A DNA stretch of 64,000 bases from Clostridia bacterium (GTDB taxonomy: Bacteria; Bacillota; Clostridia; UBA1212; DUPL01). The stretch covers positions 64,001 through 128,000 of the forward strand of contig JBMNIW010000005.1 of NCBI GenBank assembly GCA_050951325.1. Reading direction: 5' to 3'. Every line of letters begins with the position of its first letter. Position 1 is the stretch's first letter. The position numbers and the translations under genes were made by a program. This document shows positions 31,285-41,837 of the stretch, piece after piece. The notes under the pieces were generated by a model. That model was given only the letters and a program-made list of their open reading frames with translations, did no database searches and was not told the origin of the DNA.

Positions 31285-33687
31285 TCATCCTCTATATACT
31301 ATTACTTCACTTTCTCTTAGCAGAGCACCATATTTCTCGCCAATTATTTGAACGGATATGATGTCTCCTTCGGCAAGAGGCTTTCTGAAATCCCTGACAA
31401 CTATCAGCGACTGGTTTATATACTCTGCATCATACACTTTATCGTTGATGCATAAAAATGTGTTTTCGGTAAAACCATCACCAATTACTGTTAGTGTTCT
31501 CTTTTCTTCATCATATGTGACACTGTCTATATAAAACGGTATTATTCCACCTATTTCATAATCATCATTTTCGTATTCATCCTTGTTTATGTCTTCCTGC
31601 ATCAAATAGTACTGAAGCAGTTTGTAATAGTGGAAGTACTCAGGGTCGTTATTGTACACCCTGTGGAACTTGTTAACGAGGTTTCCATCAAGTCCTATCA
31701 TGTCACACAGATAGGTAGACAAGTGGTACAGCTCCAGATGTCTGTCTTGCAATTTTTCCAAGCCTACATTGTTCCATGTGTAGAACTTGGTAACGAACTT
31801 GTCATCCTGCGACATTTCCTCCACGTCATAGAAGAGATTTGGCAGATGATCGGAATACATTAGTACAAAGGTCGGTTCGCCTTTTTTTTCCAGATAATCT
31901 ATTATACTTTTTATAGCGTCATCAAACTCTTCCAATTGGCCAAGGTAATATGCTACTCTAGCTTTCTTTTCATCGTCTCCATCAATTTCGAACTCCATGG
32001 GAAATTCACTTTCGTCAATAACAAGGTACTTGCTGTGCAACTGAACTGTAACGGTGTATACAAAGTCTCCGCCTTCAGTATCATCAAGAACCATGGCAAT
32101 CTGGTCCTTTAGGATGCTGTCATTAGCCCAGATGGCGCCGGGTCTTTTTTCGATATCAGGCATGGTTTCGTAGCATAAAAATCTTCTGAATCCCAGATTT
32201 TTATACACTTCATGTCTGCTGAAAAATTCACCTTGATAGTTGTGAATTGCTGTAGGCGTATAACCCAGAGAGTTTAAATACCTTGCAAAGCTGTCCATGG
32301 TGTTCTTGTCTATATGCTGAACATATGGACTGTAACCATAGGGTAGCAGGTTCATGTTCAGTCCTGTAATGAATTCAAATTCACTTTTAACCGTTTGTCC
32401 TCCAAATACAGGAACGTCAATCGTGCCTGTGGTAAAGTTTTCTTCCAAGTAATGAAGGAATGGGATAGGGTCTCTTTCAAAACTTGCACCCGGAAAAAGA
32501 TTTGGGTCTGCAAAAGATTCAAGCTGAATTACGATAATGTTCTTGATTTCGGGGTAATCTCCGCTTTTTGAATTGTGCTGTTTGTTTATGCTTTCTATCA
32601 AATCGTCAATTATCTCATCACTGTATCCTTTTGGTTCAGTGATGGAGGATTTGAAAGAGTAGTTGATGAAACTGTAAACAAATCCATCATGAAAGAAAAT
32701 GTCTTTTAAGAATCTTTCATGGGTTTTCATAGAACCAACACTACCAGCACCTATAATGGGTCCTGGAAGAAGTGCATACAAAAGAAGTATGATCACCAGG
32801 TTTTTCATGTCAAAAGCAACTTTCTTTGCTTTTTTGCTGAATGCCCTTATTCCTATGACAAGACCAACGAGTATCACTACAATTAGCGCCAGATCTATCC
32901 AGTCAAGTACCTTGAAAGCAGCGGCAACACCCTCGTTGATTTGGAATACGTCCAGTAAAAGAACAGGTTCGTTTACATTGGAATACTTCAGATAACTTAT
33001 ATATGATAGAATAACCCAGAATGCCGCATACATGGCAAAAGCAAAGTTTCTTTTTTTGCAAATAAAGACAAACATACCTATGCCCATTACTATTGCAACA
33101 TTGAGCATGAACATGTCCGGATTTGTAACTATTCTGGGGATTGCCCTTATTGGATTAAACTGGTGGACAAGCTCAATTGCCAGTGTTAGGAGCAAAAATG
33201 AAAATGTCCAAAAATGTATTCTTTTGAAAATGGCTTTGTATGGATCATGTTCCATGCCATTTCTTTTATTTCGATGATGAAAGTACAGCGCAAAGCCTGC
33301 GCATATGATAAATAAGGATATATATATTGCTGGGGAAACTTTTGCAAGAATTCCCGTCCATAATAGAAAAACCCCGCTCAACAGGGAGAAGTATACGTAT
33401 TTCTTGTCGGATATGAAACTTGTCAGTGTAAGTACAAACAAAAAGAATAACCTTGGAAACAAAAGTAATAGAGTTTTGGGGAAACTGGAACTTAACATAT
33501 TGTTTCCGTATTCTGTCATTAATAGTGAAACTATGGCAATAGCAAAATATGTAGCTATCCAAGGTAATAGCTTCTTGTAATATTTTTTTACAATATTATT
33601 TAATTCCTTGCAGGATTGCATAAACTGCAATCCAAAAGGTTGCTTTTCACTGTTTTCTTCTGTATTTTCTTTCTTAGTCTTTAACAT
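31285..33687 (-). CDS. LTA synthase family (alkaline phosphatase/sulfatase fold) membrane protein
   Basis: Multi-TM N-terminus; NIIVIQLESFADP, GGQTVKSEFE.ITG, TVQLH, SDHLP. Confidence 0.9.
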   Translation of the reverse strand: MLKTKKENTEENSEKQPFGLQFMQSCKELNNIVKKYYKKLLPWIATYFAIAIVSLLMTEYGNNMLSSSFPKTLLLLFPRLFFLFVLTLTSFISDKKYVYFSLLSGVFLLWTGILAKVSPAIYISLFIICAGFALYFHHRNKRNGMEHDPYKAIFKRIHFWTFSFLLLTLAIELVHQFNPIRAIPRIVTNPDMFMLNVAIVMGIGMFVFICKKRNFAFAMYAAFWVILSYISYLKYSNVNEPVLLLDVFQINEGVAAAFKVLDWIDLALIVVILVGLVIGIRAFSKKAKKVAFDMKNLVIILLLYALLPGPIIGAGSVGSMKTHERFLKDIFFHDGFVYSFINYSFKSSITEPKGYSDEIIDDLIESINKQHNSKSGDYPEIKNIIVIQLESFADPNLFPGASFERDPIPFLHYLEENFTTGTIDVPVFGGQTVKSEFEFITGLNMNLLPYGYSPYVQHIDKNTMDSFARYLNSLGYTPTAIHNYQGEFFSRHEVYKNLGFRRFLCYETMPDIEKRPGAIWANDSILKDQIAMVLDDTEGGDFVYTVTVQLHSKYLVIDESEFPMEFEIDGDDEKKARVAYYLGQLEEFDDAIKSIIDYLEKKGEPTFVLMYSDHLPNLFYDVEEMSQDDKFVTKFYTWNNVGLEKLQDRHLELYHLSTYLCDMIGLDGNLVNKFHRVYNNDPEYFHYYKLLQYYLMQEDINKDEYENDDYEIGGIIPFYIDSVTYDEEKRTLTVIGDGFTENTFLCINDKVYDAEYINQSLIVVRDFRKPLAEGDIISVQIIGEKYGALLRESEVIVYRG

Positions 33688-33826
33688 AATACCTTGAATG
33701 ACCTTTCCTGTTGTTTATATATTTTTTCAAACCTTAAATGATTTTAGCACAAAATGCGTCTTGTATCAATTTTTTCTTTCTCATGGTATAATGTAGGCAA
33801 AAGTCAATCATTGGAGGTAATTTATC

Positions 33827-35512
33827 ATGATTCTTGCAATAAACGGAAAAACCGAGTATAGAATAGAAGGAGAATATGAATTTGCAATAAAGGAATTCTG
33901 TGACCTGTTTAATAAGCTCACTGGTGCTGTTTTGGAAAGAGCTCAGGAGGATAGCGATAAATTGATTAAACTGGGCGGAGTGAAGCCCAAGGACAAGGGT
34001 GAGGATGCATATGTGATAAGAACGGAAGGTGACAATCTGATTCTGTCAGGCAATACAAATAGAGGTATTCTGTATGCGATATACACCTTTTTCGAAAGGT
34101 ACGCAGGTTGCAGATGGTTTACATCCGATTGTGAGTATGTGCCAAGGAAAGATGAATTTACAATACCTGAAATCAATATTGATGAAAGTCCATTCTTCTG
34201 GTACAGGGAAACCTTCTACAAGGATGCCTTCGAACCATCCTTTGCGCTTCGAAACAAGTTGAATGGACACCACATGCAGTTGGAAAGGGAACATGGAGGA
34301 AAGTTCGAATACGGGCTTGGTTTTGTGCATACTTTTCATACCATCATTCCACAAGAGGAATATTTCAAGACCCATCCAGAATATTTCCCTATGATTGATG
34401 GAGAAAGAACCACAGGACCCCATCACCAGATTTGTCTTTCCAATCCTGATGTATTAAAGATTACAATAGAGAAGGTTAAGAAGGCTTTTGATGAAAATCC
34501 AAATGTGAAGATTGTATCAGTTTCGCAGAATGATACCTTTGAGGAAGGAAACCAGTGCCGATGCGACCAGTGCAGTGCAATAGAGGAGGAAGAAGGCTCT
34601 CCTGCGGGTAATGTTATCCGTTTTGTAAACAGTGTGGCTGATGCAATAAAGGACGAATACCCTGACAAATACATCGATACATTAGCCTACAGGTATACAA
34701 GAAAAGCGCCTCTGAAAACAAAACCGCGTGATAATGTTATAGTAAGGCTGTGTACAATAGAGTGCTGTTTCAGCCATCCCATTACTACATGCGATCAGGT
34801 TAACGATAAGGGTGTGCACAGAAATGGCTCCTTTATTGAAGATATTGTAGCTTGGAGCAAAATAGCCAACAATATCTTTATCTGGGACTATATTGTCAAC
34901 TTCCTAAACTATCTTACTCCTTATCCGAATCTGTATGCCCTTCAGAAGAACATGCAGTTCTTTGCTGAGCACAATGTCAAAGGAGTGTTTTCACAAGGTT
35001 GTGGAGAGATTAAATTCAGTGAGTATGCTCATCTGCGTGCATATGTAATTGCAAAACTTTTGGAAGATCCGTATTGCGATGTTAACTTGATAATTGATGA
35101 GTTCATGTATGGATATTACCAAAACGCAGCAGCTCCTTTGAGAAAGTATATAGATGTATTGAACAAGAAGGCTGAAGAGGAAAACTTTCATTTTGGATTA
35201 TACGACGATCCGAACAGGGATTTTCTTACCAAGGAATTTGTAGATTATGCGGACAGCCTTTTTGATATGGCTGAAAGAATGGCGGATGATGAGACAATAC
35301 TCTACAGGGTAAGAAGAACCCGCATGTCATTAAGATATGCAAAACTGTTCCTAATGGATGGCAGTCTTGAAGAAAGAAGAAGGGAACTTGAGAAGTTCTT
35401 TGAGGATTTGAGATATTTCAAAATAGAATCCCTTCTGGAAAGAGGAAATTTGGATTCCAGTTATGAGAGAATGAGGCAAATTGTGACACCTGAGGATGTG
35501 GAGAGGAAATAG
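33827..35512 (+). CDS. DUF4838 domain protein (putative glycoside hydrolase-like)
   Basis: RGILYAIYTFFE..GCRW, YFKTHPEYF, QICLSNP, VSQND..C.C..C, TLAY.YT..P, IWDY. Confidence 0.8.
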   Translation: MILAINGKTEYRIEGEYEFAIKEFCDLFNKLTGAVLERAQEDSDKLIKLGGVKPKDKGEDAYVIRTEGDNLILSGNTNRGILYAIYTFFERYAGCRWFTSDCEYVPRKDEFTIPEINIDESPFFWYRETFYKDAFEPSFALRNKLNGHHMQLEREHGGKFEYGLGFVHTFHTIIPQEEYFKTHPEYFPMIDGERTTGPHHQICLSNPDVLKITIEKVKKAFDENPNVKIVSVSQNDTFEEGNQCRCDQCSAIEEEEGSPAGNVIRFVNSVADAIKDEYPDKYIDTLAYRYTRKAPLKTKPRDNVIVRLCTIECCFSHPITTCDQVNDKGVHRNGSFIEDIVAWSKIANNIFIWDYIVNFLNYLTPYPNLYALQKNMQFFAEHNVKGVFSQGCGEIKFSEYAHLRAYVIAKLLEDPYCDVNLIIDEFMYGYYQNAAAPLRKYIDVLNKKAEEENFHFGLYDDPNRDFLTKEFVDYADSLFDMAERMADDETILYRVRRTRMSLRYAKLFLMDGSLEERRRELEKFFEDLRYFKIESLLERGNLDSSYERMRQIVTPEDVERK

Positions 35513-35514
35513 GA

Positions 35515-36729
35515 ATGAAAGCGTATGAAAGATTTTTAGAGTATGTGAAGATAAATACCCAGGCGGACCCCAAAAGCGGAAGTGTGCCCAGTACAGAAGG
35601 ACAGACGGTTCTTGCGAAAATGTTGGTGGAAGAGCTCAAATCTCTGGGTGTTGAAAACGCATATCTTGATGATTCGGGTGTAGTGTATGGGAAGATAAAG
35701 GGGAATGCGAACAAGGCGTGCAAAACTGTAGGTTTCATAGCTCATCTTGACACGTCCCCGGATATGTCCGGAGAAAATGTCAGATCAAGGATTGTCAAGA
35801 ATTACGATGGCGGTAGAATAGAATTAAGTGACCATGCACACATGGATCCGTCTACATTTCCGAACTTGGAGAACAAGGTTGGACATGATTTGATAGTAAC
35901 GGATGGAACGACACTGCTTGGTGCCGACAACAAGGCAGGCATTGCGATTATAATGAGTTTTGTTGAGAGAATCATGAAGGGGGATATTCTGCATGGTGAT
36001 ATTTCCATTGCTTTTACCCCCGATGAGGAAATTGGAAGAGGTGCGGACAACTTTGACGTTGAAGCTTTTGGTGCAGATATTGCGTATACTGTAGATGGTG
36101 GGGACATAAGCGTGTTTGAATACGAAAACTTCAATGCAGCCAGTGCAAATGTGGTTGTAAATGGAAGCAGTATTCACCCGGGTTATGCAAAGGGTAAAAT
36201 GAAGAATGCCATTTTGCTTGCAATGGAGTTTCAAAGTCTTCTGCCTGCGTTCATGAACCCAGCATATACGGAAAAATATGAAGGTTTTTATCATATTACC
36301 GACATTAATGGTATGTGTGAAAAAGCTGAAATGGAGTATATTATCAGAAATCATGATGACAAGTTGTTTAACGAACAAAAAGAGTTTTTCATGAAAGCCG
36401 CTGAGTTCATGAATGCCAAATATGGAGAGAATACCTTCGAAGTTTCAGTAAAGGATTCATATTACAACATGCGCAAGATGATAGAAAAGGACATGACAGT
36501 TGTAGATATTGCATTGGAAGCTATGAGGGAAATAGGAATAACCCCACAAATTGAACCAATTCGTGGGGGAACTGACGGTGCAAGGTTGACGTATATGGGG
36601 CTTCCGTGTCCCAATATCGGTACAGGGGGCTACAATTTCCACGGCAAATATGAGTATTTGTCCATAAACGAGATGGACAAGTCCGTAGAATTGATTACCA
36701 GAATAACTGGCAAACTTATCTCAAATTAA
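35515..36729 (+). CDS. pepT: Peptidase T
   Basis: GFIAHLDTSPD, TDGTTLLGADNKAG, FTPDEEIG, IRGGTDG, NFHG. Confidence 0.98.
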   Translation: MKAYERFLEYVKINTQADPKSGSVPSTEGQTVLAKMLVEELKSLGVENAYLDDSGVVYGKIKGNANKACKTVGFIAHLDTSPDMSGENVRSRIVKNYDGGRIELSDHAHMDPSTFPNLENKVGHDLIVTDGTTLLGADNKAGIAIIMSFVERIMKGDILHGDISIAFTPDEEIGRGADNFDVEAFGADIAYTVDGGDISVFEYENFNAASANVVVNGSSIHPGYAKGKMKNAILLAMEFQSLLPAFMNPAYTEKYEGFYHITDINGMCEKAEMEYIIRNHDDKLFNEQKEFFMKAAEFMNAKYGENTFEVSVKDSYYNMRKMIEKDMTVVDIALEAMREIGITPQIEPIRGGTDGARLTYMGLPCPNIGTGGYNFHGKYEYLSINEMDKSVELITRITGKLISN

Positions 36730-37297
36730 TTACTCCAAAGAATTCGGGCCTGTGAAAATCAGGCTCTTCTGTTTCTATATTGTTCCACACTCCAAAGTGG
36801 GGATGTTTTGTCAAATCTCCGCATTTATAAAAGTTTGCTTTTATATATTCCGTCTTGTTTTCATCAAAGGTTGGAAAGTACTGCTTTATAAACTCATACG
36901 GTACAGTATAGCTTATCTCCCAATACTCATCAGTTATTCGTGACTTCATGTTGAAATATTCATTGTCGGGAGCTTCAATGGGGCCTGTTCCGCTTCTGTC
37001 TCCTGTTTTGCTGAATCCAATGTACATGACTCCTTTTGGATTAATCTCAAAGTTCATGTATGTTTTTGATTTTTCAGGTTCTGCATTGAAGAAGAATTCC
37101 ATGCATGAATCAGTATGAACATTCGAATTCCTTTCAGTCTTCTCCATCCTAATATTCTTCTCATACGATTTCATGGTAATTTCAAAACCATTTGATCCTT
37201 TTTGAATTTTGGCTTGTGTTTTCGGCCTGTAGTCGCAACCCCATGGATATATGTCTATGTCCAGCCATGCATTTTTTGAGATATTATATTCCTTCAT
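36716..37297 (-). CDS. Carbohydrate-binding family 9-like protein
   Basis: DSCMEFF, YMNFEINPKG, ANFYKCGD, PDFHRPEFFG. Confidence 0.85.
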   Translation of the reverse strand: MKEYNISKNAWLDIDIYPWGCDYRPKTQAKIQKGSNGFEITMKSYEKNIRMEKTERNSNVHTDSCMEFFFNAEPEKSKTYMNFEINPKGVMYIGFSKTGDRSGTGPIEAPDNEYFNMKSRITDEYWEISYTVPYEFIKQYFPTFDENKTEYIKANFYKCGDLTKHPHFGVWNNIETEEPDFHRPEFFGVINLR

Positions 37298-37432
37298 GCC
37301 ATCACCTTCAATTTATGTTTTGAGTAATTATATCATGGAAAGAAAAAAACAACACTGTTTTATTGCCCAGGTTATGAAAATCAGCAAATATATTAGTATA
37401 ATTGGGATGTAAAGTTAACAGGAGGTGAAAAG

Positions 37433-37720
37433 ATGGCGGAAATCAGGTATAAGATTATTAAAAGGCTGGGAGTAATCAATAGCTCAAATAACGGATGGGC
37501 AAAAGAAGTTAATATTGTCAGCTGGAATGATGGTGCTGCCAAGCTTGACATACGCGACTGGGAGCAATCATCAAATAAAATGAGGAAGGGCATAACATTA
37601 TTTAGGGACGAGGCTGAAAAACTCAGAGAGATATTGAACAGTATGGACATGGATGATTTGGAGCAAAGATATTCAAAAGATGAGTTTGCGCTGCTGGATG
37701 AATATGTTGATGTAAGATAA
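37433..37720 (+). CDS. YdbC/PC4 family ssDNA-binding protein
   Basis: GWAKEVNIVSWN...KLDIRDW...KMRKGITL. Confidence 0.92.
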   Translation: MAEIRYKIIKRLGVINSSNNGWAKEVNIVSWNDGAAKLDIRDWEQSSNKMRKGITLFRDEAEKLREILNSMDMDDLEQRYSKDEFALLDEYVDVR

Positions 37721-37721
37721 G

Positions 37722-37749
37722 TTTGACGGTTTAACCGTCAAATTTTTTT
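37722..37749 (+). terminator. Terminator after the YdbC-like gene
   Basis: TTTGACGGTT/AACCGTCAAA followed by T7. Confidence 0.8.
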
Positions 37750-37867
37750 GGCATTTATCTCTTTCTTTTGGTGATAATATGATAGATGTTTTTGTCACAT
37801 AAAAAACAAAGAATTGTAAATATAATGTCAAAAATATCAGGTAACATATACTCAAGAGGTGATGCCA

Positions 37868-39088
37868 ATGTATGAATATTACAATAATGATTATAGAAGC
37901 AGGAAAAAGAGTATAACATTGAGTGTTAAATCAATGATTGCTGTTTGCATATTATGTGGATTCATAGGTGGAGGCATGTCCTTAGTCGGGTTTAATGTGT
38001 TTAACAAAGATGTTGACAGCGGAAATGCTTTTTTGGGTGCGACGGAGACACATGACAAAAGTCAGTCGCAGAACACAAAGAACATTACGAATATTTCTGT
38101 TGAGAGTGTAACATCCTATGCCAATGCAGTTGCAAAGAAGGTTTTGCCTTCGATTGTCGGTATTAATGTAACAACCAAGGTAGTAAACAAGGGATGGTTT
38201 GGAGATACCGTTACTGAAAAAGTGGGCGAAGGCAGCGGTATCATATACAAGGAAGATGGGTATATAATTACAAACTATCATGTGGTACAGGACTCCATTA
38301 CAACAGCCGGAGAAATGAATCCTGACTCCCAGATAAAGGTGCATCTGTATGAAGACCCTGAAACAGGAATTGATGCTAGAGTCATTGGGTATGATATTGC
38401 ATCGGATCTGGCGGTTATAAAAATCGAAAAGGACAATCTGACTGCTATAGAAATTGGAGATTCTGATAAAGTTGAGGTAGGAGACATAGTTCTTGCCTTG
38501 GGAAATCCCGGTGGCCTTAAATTTCTTGGTTCCGTGAGTCAGGGGATAATTAGCGGTCTTAACAGAAGCGTAGAAGTTGATGGTGTTTACAAAGACCTTA
38601 CTCTGATACAAACGGACGCTGCAATAAATCCAGGCAATTCCGGTGGAGCTCTTGTGGATGTTGAAGGAAGGTTGATTGGTGTAAACAGTGTAAAACTTGC
38701 CGCAACAGGATATGAAGGAATGGGGTTTGCCATACCTGTGAATGATGTTGTCAGGATAATCGAGAGCTTGATTGAAAACGGAAATGCAGTTTACACATAC
38801 CTTGGAATTACTGAGGATACAAGGTATACTGCAGAGCTTCTTGAGACGAACGGTTATCCTGGAGGGGTTGTCGTAGGTAGCGTGGCTAATGGAAGTCCTG
38901 CTGAAAAGGCGGGCATAAAGACTTACGACATAATTGTTGAATTCAATGGTATCAAGGTAAGGACCATGCAGGAGCTTCAGAATATAAAAAGCAGTTTGAG
39001 AAAAGGCGATGTGGTGAATATTAAGGTGTTCAGACAAACATCGTTGTTCAGAGGAGACTATATCACTTTCGATGTGACTCTTGCATAG
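37868..39088 (+). CDS. htrA: HtrA/DegP-like serine protease with PDZ domain
   Basis: N-terminal TM, TNYHVV, DLAVIK, QTDAAINPGNSGG, PDZ; start may be a few codons earlier. Confidence 0.95.
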   Translation: MYEYYNNDYRSRKKSITLSVKSMIAVCILCGFIGGGMSLVGFNVFNKDVDSGNAFLGATETHDKSQSQNTKNITNISVESVTSYANAVAKKVLPSIVGINVTTKVVNKGWFGDTVTEKVGEGSGIIYKEDGYIITNYHVVQDSITTAGEMNPDSQIKVHLYEDPETGIDARVIGYDIASDLAVIKIEKDNLTAIEIGDSDKVEVGDIVLALGNPGGLKFLGSVSQGIISGLNRSVEVDGVYKDLTLIQTDAAINPGNSGGALVDVEGRLIGVNSVKLAATGYEGMGFAIPVNDVVRIIESLIENGNAVYTYLGITEDTRYTAELLETNGYPGGVVVGSVANGSPAEKAGIKTYDIIVEFNGIKVRTMQELQNIKSSLRKGDVVNIKVFRQTSLFRGDYITFDVTLA

Positions 39089-39139
39089 GACTTTTGCCTC
39101 CTGTATAATGAACTTAAGTACAACATTTGGAGGTAAAAG

Positions 39140-39832
39140 ATGCAAATAACGTTTGTTCAAGAGATAAAGGATTTAATGGTGCTGGATAAAGAAAGAATAG
39201 CACTGGAATCACATATTGATATTGATGATGAGGAGAACTTTGAAGAACTTTGCAAACTTGTTGATGAAGCTTATGAAGTGGCAGTGCCAAAAGTATGCAT
39301 TACAAAGATGAAGGTGAGGATGGGAGAAAAGGATGACGAGGTGTATTTGAATGACATATTGTTCAAATCAAGGATTCTGGCCGCCAACATTAACGAAAGT
39401 GTGGATACATACGGAATTGTCTGTACTTGTGGAGTTGAAATAGAGAAATGGGCACAGAAATACAGAAATGACCCTCTTCTTGCGTATTTTGCCGATGCTA
39501 TTATGGTGGAGGTGCTTGGAAACAGTGTTGTTTATGCAATGAAATATCTAAGCTCGTTGAGCGATATGAGCATATCACATGCAAGTCCGGGCTCAACAAG
39601 GGATTTTCCTCTTTCAAACCAGGTGAAACTGTTTGAGGCAATTGGCAATGTTACAGAAAAAACCGGAGTGTATCTGACTCCGGAATATCTGATGAAGCCT
39701 CTGAAAAGCGTTTCGGGCGTATACTTTGCAAACGATTCGGATTATTCCGATTGCAAGCTGTGCACAAGGATGGATTGCCCAAGAAGAAGAGAGCCTTATG
39801 ACGACAGCATGTTCAGTAAGTTTTATTCATGA
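39140..39832 (+). CDS. Stand-alone B12-dependent methionine synthase activation domain-like protein
   Basis: TCG, SPGS..DFPL.NQ..LF, GV.LT...LM.P.KSVSG, C-terminal CKLC...CP.R. Confidence 0.8.
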   Translation: MQITFVQEIKDLMVLDKERIALESHIDIDDEENFEELCKLVDEAYEVAVPKVCITKMKVRMGEKDDEVYLNDILFKSRILAANINESVDTYGIVCTCGVEIEKWAQKYRNDPLLAYFADAIMVEVLGNSVVYAMKYLSSLSDMSISHASPGSTRDFPLSNQVKLFEAIGNVTEKTGVYLTPEYLMKPLKSVSGVYFANDSDYSDCKLCTRMDCPRRREPYDDSMFSKFYS

Positions 39833-40515
39833 AAAACAAGGTTTAGTACAAGATATATCACGGGTTGGTGTATGAGATATATCCATATGGAGTGTCTTCC
39901 GCAGAATTTAAGAAATCTTATAATCAAGTTGTTTTTTGGGAAGTTTGGGAGCAGGCTCTTTTTGTCACTGTACAAAAGCCTTCCCAGAACAACTCCAATC
40001 ATGAAATATCCCAGATGGGGAAACAATGGAAAATAGTCTCCCGAATTGAACTTTTCAGTTGTCAGTCCGAACATGAACAAGTATGGGTTATTGACATACT
40101 TGTTTTCAAATACATAACCGAGAATTACGATAGGAACTGCCAAAAGGGTTATTACCCATGAAGGCAGTTTTTTATATGTCGGATATAGTAGCATGCATAT
40201 GCCCAAAAGGTGGAGTATGCCAAATACTATAGTTATTTCAGGGAACAAGAAATACGTTACTAGTGTTATTAACAGTCCGCAGCCCAGAACAAACAGGCCT
40301 CTTTTTATGCATCTTGAACCCAATGTTATGCTTATCCCGGAAATCAGAATGAACAGAACTCCGCCGTTTATCTGAATGAAATAATATATGTTTGGCAGTT
40401 TCAAATCGATCTTGTATATATACTCCAAATCGAATATTAGATGAATTATTACAACAAATATAATGAACAGTCCACGTAGTGCGTCAATTTCCCATATGCG
40501 TTCCTTTTTTGCCAT
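39823..40515 (-). CDS. DUF1624 / HGSNAT-like membrane protein
   Basis: RIWEIDALRG, FGILHLLG, DYFPLFP, GRHSIWIYLIHQP. Confidence 0.88.
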   Translation of the reverse strand: MAKKERIWEIDALRGLFIIFVVIIHLIFDLEYIYKIDLKLPNIYYFIQINGGVLFILISGISITLGSRCIKRGLFVLGCGLLITLVTYFLFPEITIVFGILHLLGICMLLYPTYKKLPSWVITLLAVPIVILGYVFENKYVNNPYLFMFGLTTEKFNSGDYFPLFPHLGYFMIGVVLGRLLYSDKKSLLPNFPKNNLIIRFLKFCGRHSIWIYLIHQPVIYLVLNLVFHE

Positions 40516-40561
40516 CTTAATGCATACACCTCGATTATTGATTATATCTAGTTATTATATA

Positions 40562-41686
40562 CTACTTTAGCGGGTATAGCCATAGGTTCAGTATTTCTTT
40601 TATATAATCCAGGAAGTTTTTCTTTTTGCAGGTGCTTTCCGCGTACAAATAGCAGCTGTATAAAACATCATCCTCGCATTTTATAACCAGCTCGCCAAGA
40701 ATATCATCCTTATGAACTGTTTTTTTTGTAGATTTTTCATAATTGACTTCATAGTTAAGTTTATCATACTCTTCTTCAGTAAGAGGTAGGCAAACATCCT
40801 CTTTTAAAACTAGGTTGACATATGATTTTTTTCCTTTTTCTACTCTTGTTTTTCCCAAACTGCTGTTTTCTTTATACAGAGTATATATCTGATAATTGTC
40901 ATATGCAAACTCAGTCATTTTCAAGGCGTCTGTTGTTCTCTGGTTTGTAGTATTGCAGCCCAGAATGACACCGATAATACGCATTCCGTTTCTTTCTGCA
41001 GTAATTACTATGCAGCGCCCTGCTTTGGACGTATAGCCTGTTTTTACTCCATCAATGCCATTGTTGGCGTAAAGCAAATTGTTTGTGTTGGACATGGTAT
41101 GCCCGTCTATGGTTATTGTTTTTGTCGCAATTATTTTTCTGAACAGATCGTTTTTCATGGCTTCCTTGGTAATAAGGGCAAGGTCTGCTGCTGTTGTGTA
41201 ATGGTTGTGATGGTCAAGGCCGTGAGGAGATACAAAACTTGTGTTGTATGCTCCTAATTCTCTTGCTTTTTGGTTCATCAATTCGCAGAACTCTTCAACA
41301 CTACCTGCTATGTGTTCGGCAAGGGCAATTGCAGCATCATTTCCTGATCTAAGCATAAGTCCGTACATAAGGGCAAGTACGCTTATCTGTTCTCCTAATT
41401 CAAGGTTCATTGTAGAACCTCCTATCCGGGCTGCTCTCTTGCTTACTGTGGCGATGTCGTCAAGATTAGCCTTTTCAAGAACCAACAGCGCCGTCATTAT
41501 TTTGGTTGTCGATGCCATAGGTATTCTGACATGCGCCTGCTTTTCATACAGAACCCTGCCGGAGTCAATTTCAATAAGAATTGCGTTTCGGGCATAAAAG
41601 GATGGTGTTTGTCTTGCGTTGGCAGCTGGAATGGGAAAGAAAGTAATTGCAATTAGGAATATTGCTAGTCTTATTCTGTTTTTCAT
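40562..41686 (-). CDS. D-alanyl-D-alanine carboxypeptidase (peptidase S11)
   Basis: Signal peptide, STTK, SGN, KTG: intact catalytic motifs. Confidence 0.95.
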   Translation of the reverse strand: MKNRIRLAIFLIAITFFPIPAANARQTPSFYARNAILIEIDSGRVLYEKQAHVRIPMASTTKIMTALLVLEKANLDDIATVSKRAARIGGSTMNLELGEQISVLALMYGLMLRSGNDAAIALAEHIAGSVEEFCELMNQKARELGAYNTSFVSPHGLDHHNHYTTAADLALITKEAMKNDLFRKIIATKTITIDGHTMSNTNNLLYANNGIDGVKTGYTSKAGRCIVITAERNGMRIIGVILGCNTTNQRTTDALKMTEFAYDNYQIYTLYKENSSLGKTRVEKGKKSYVNLVLKEDVCLPLTEEEYDKLNYEVNYEKSTKKTVHKDDILGELVIKCEDDVLYSCYLYAESTCKKKNFLDYIKEILNLWLYPLK

Positions 41687-41762
41687 TTACAAACCTCCAT
41701 TTGCTTGTCTTTTAATATATATGGCAATGATTCAAAAATATTTCAGTAATTTTCTTCGGAAA

Positions 41763-41780
41763 AGTCGAAATTCGTCGACT
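41763..41780. promoter_or_regulatory. Palindromic site upstream of the Tad cassette
   Basis: AGTCGA-N6-TCGACT; also reads as two imperfect TGNCGAA boxes 3 nt apart. Confidence 0.35.
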
Positions 41781-41837
41781 GGAATTAATGGATATAAAAA
41801 ATGCTTCTATTTAGAATTTGCAAAGGAGGCTGATTTT

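Noticed and set aside
37982-39160. 392-aa antisense ORF over htrA
   Set aside because: Shadow frame of a well-supported gene, with no recognisable motifs
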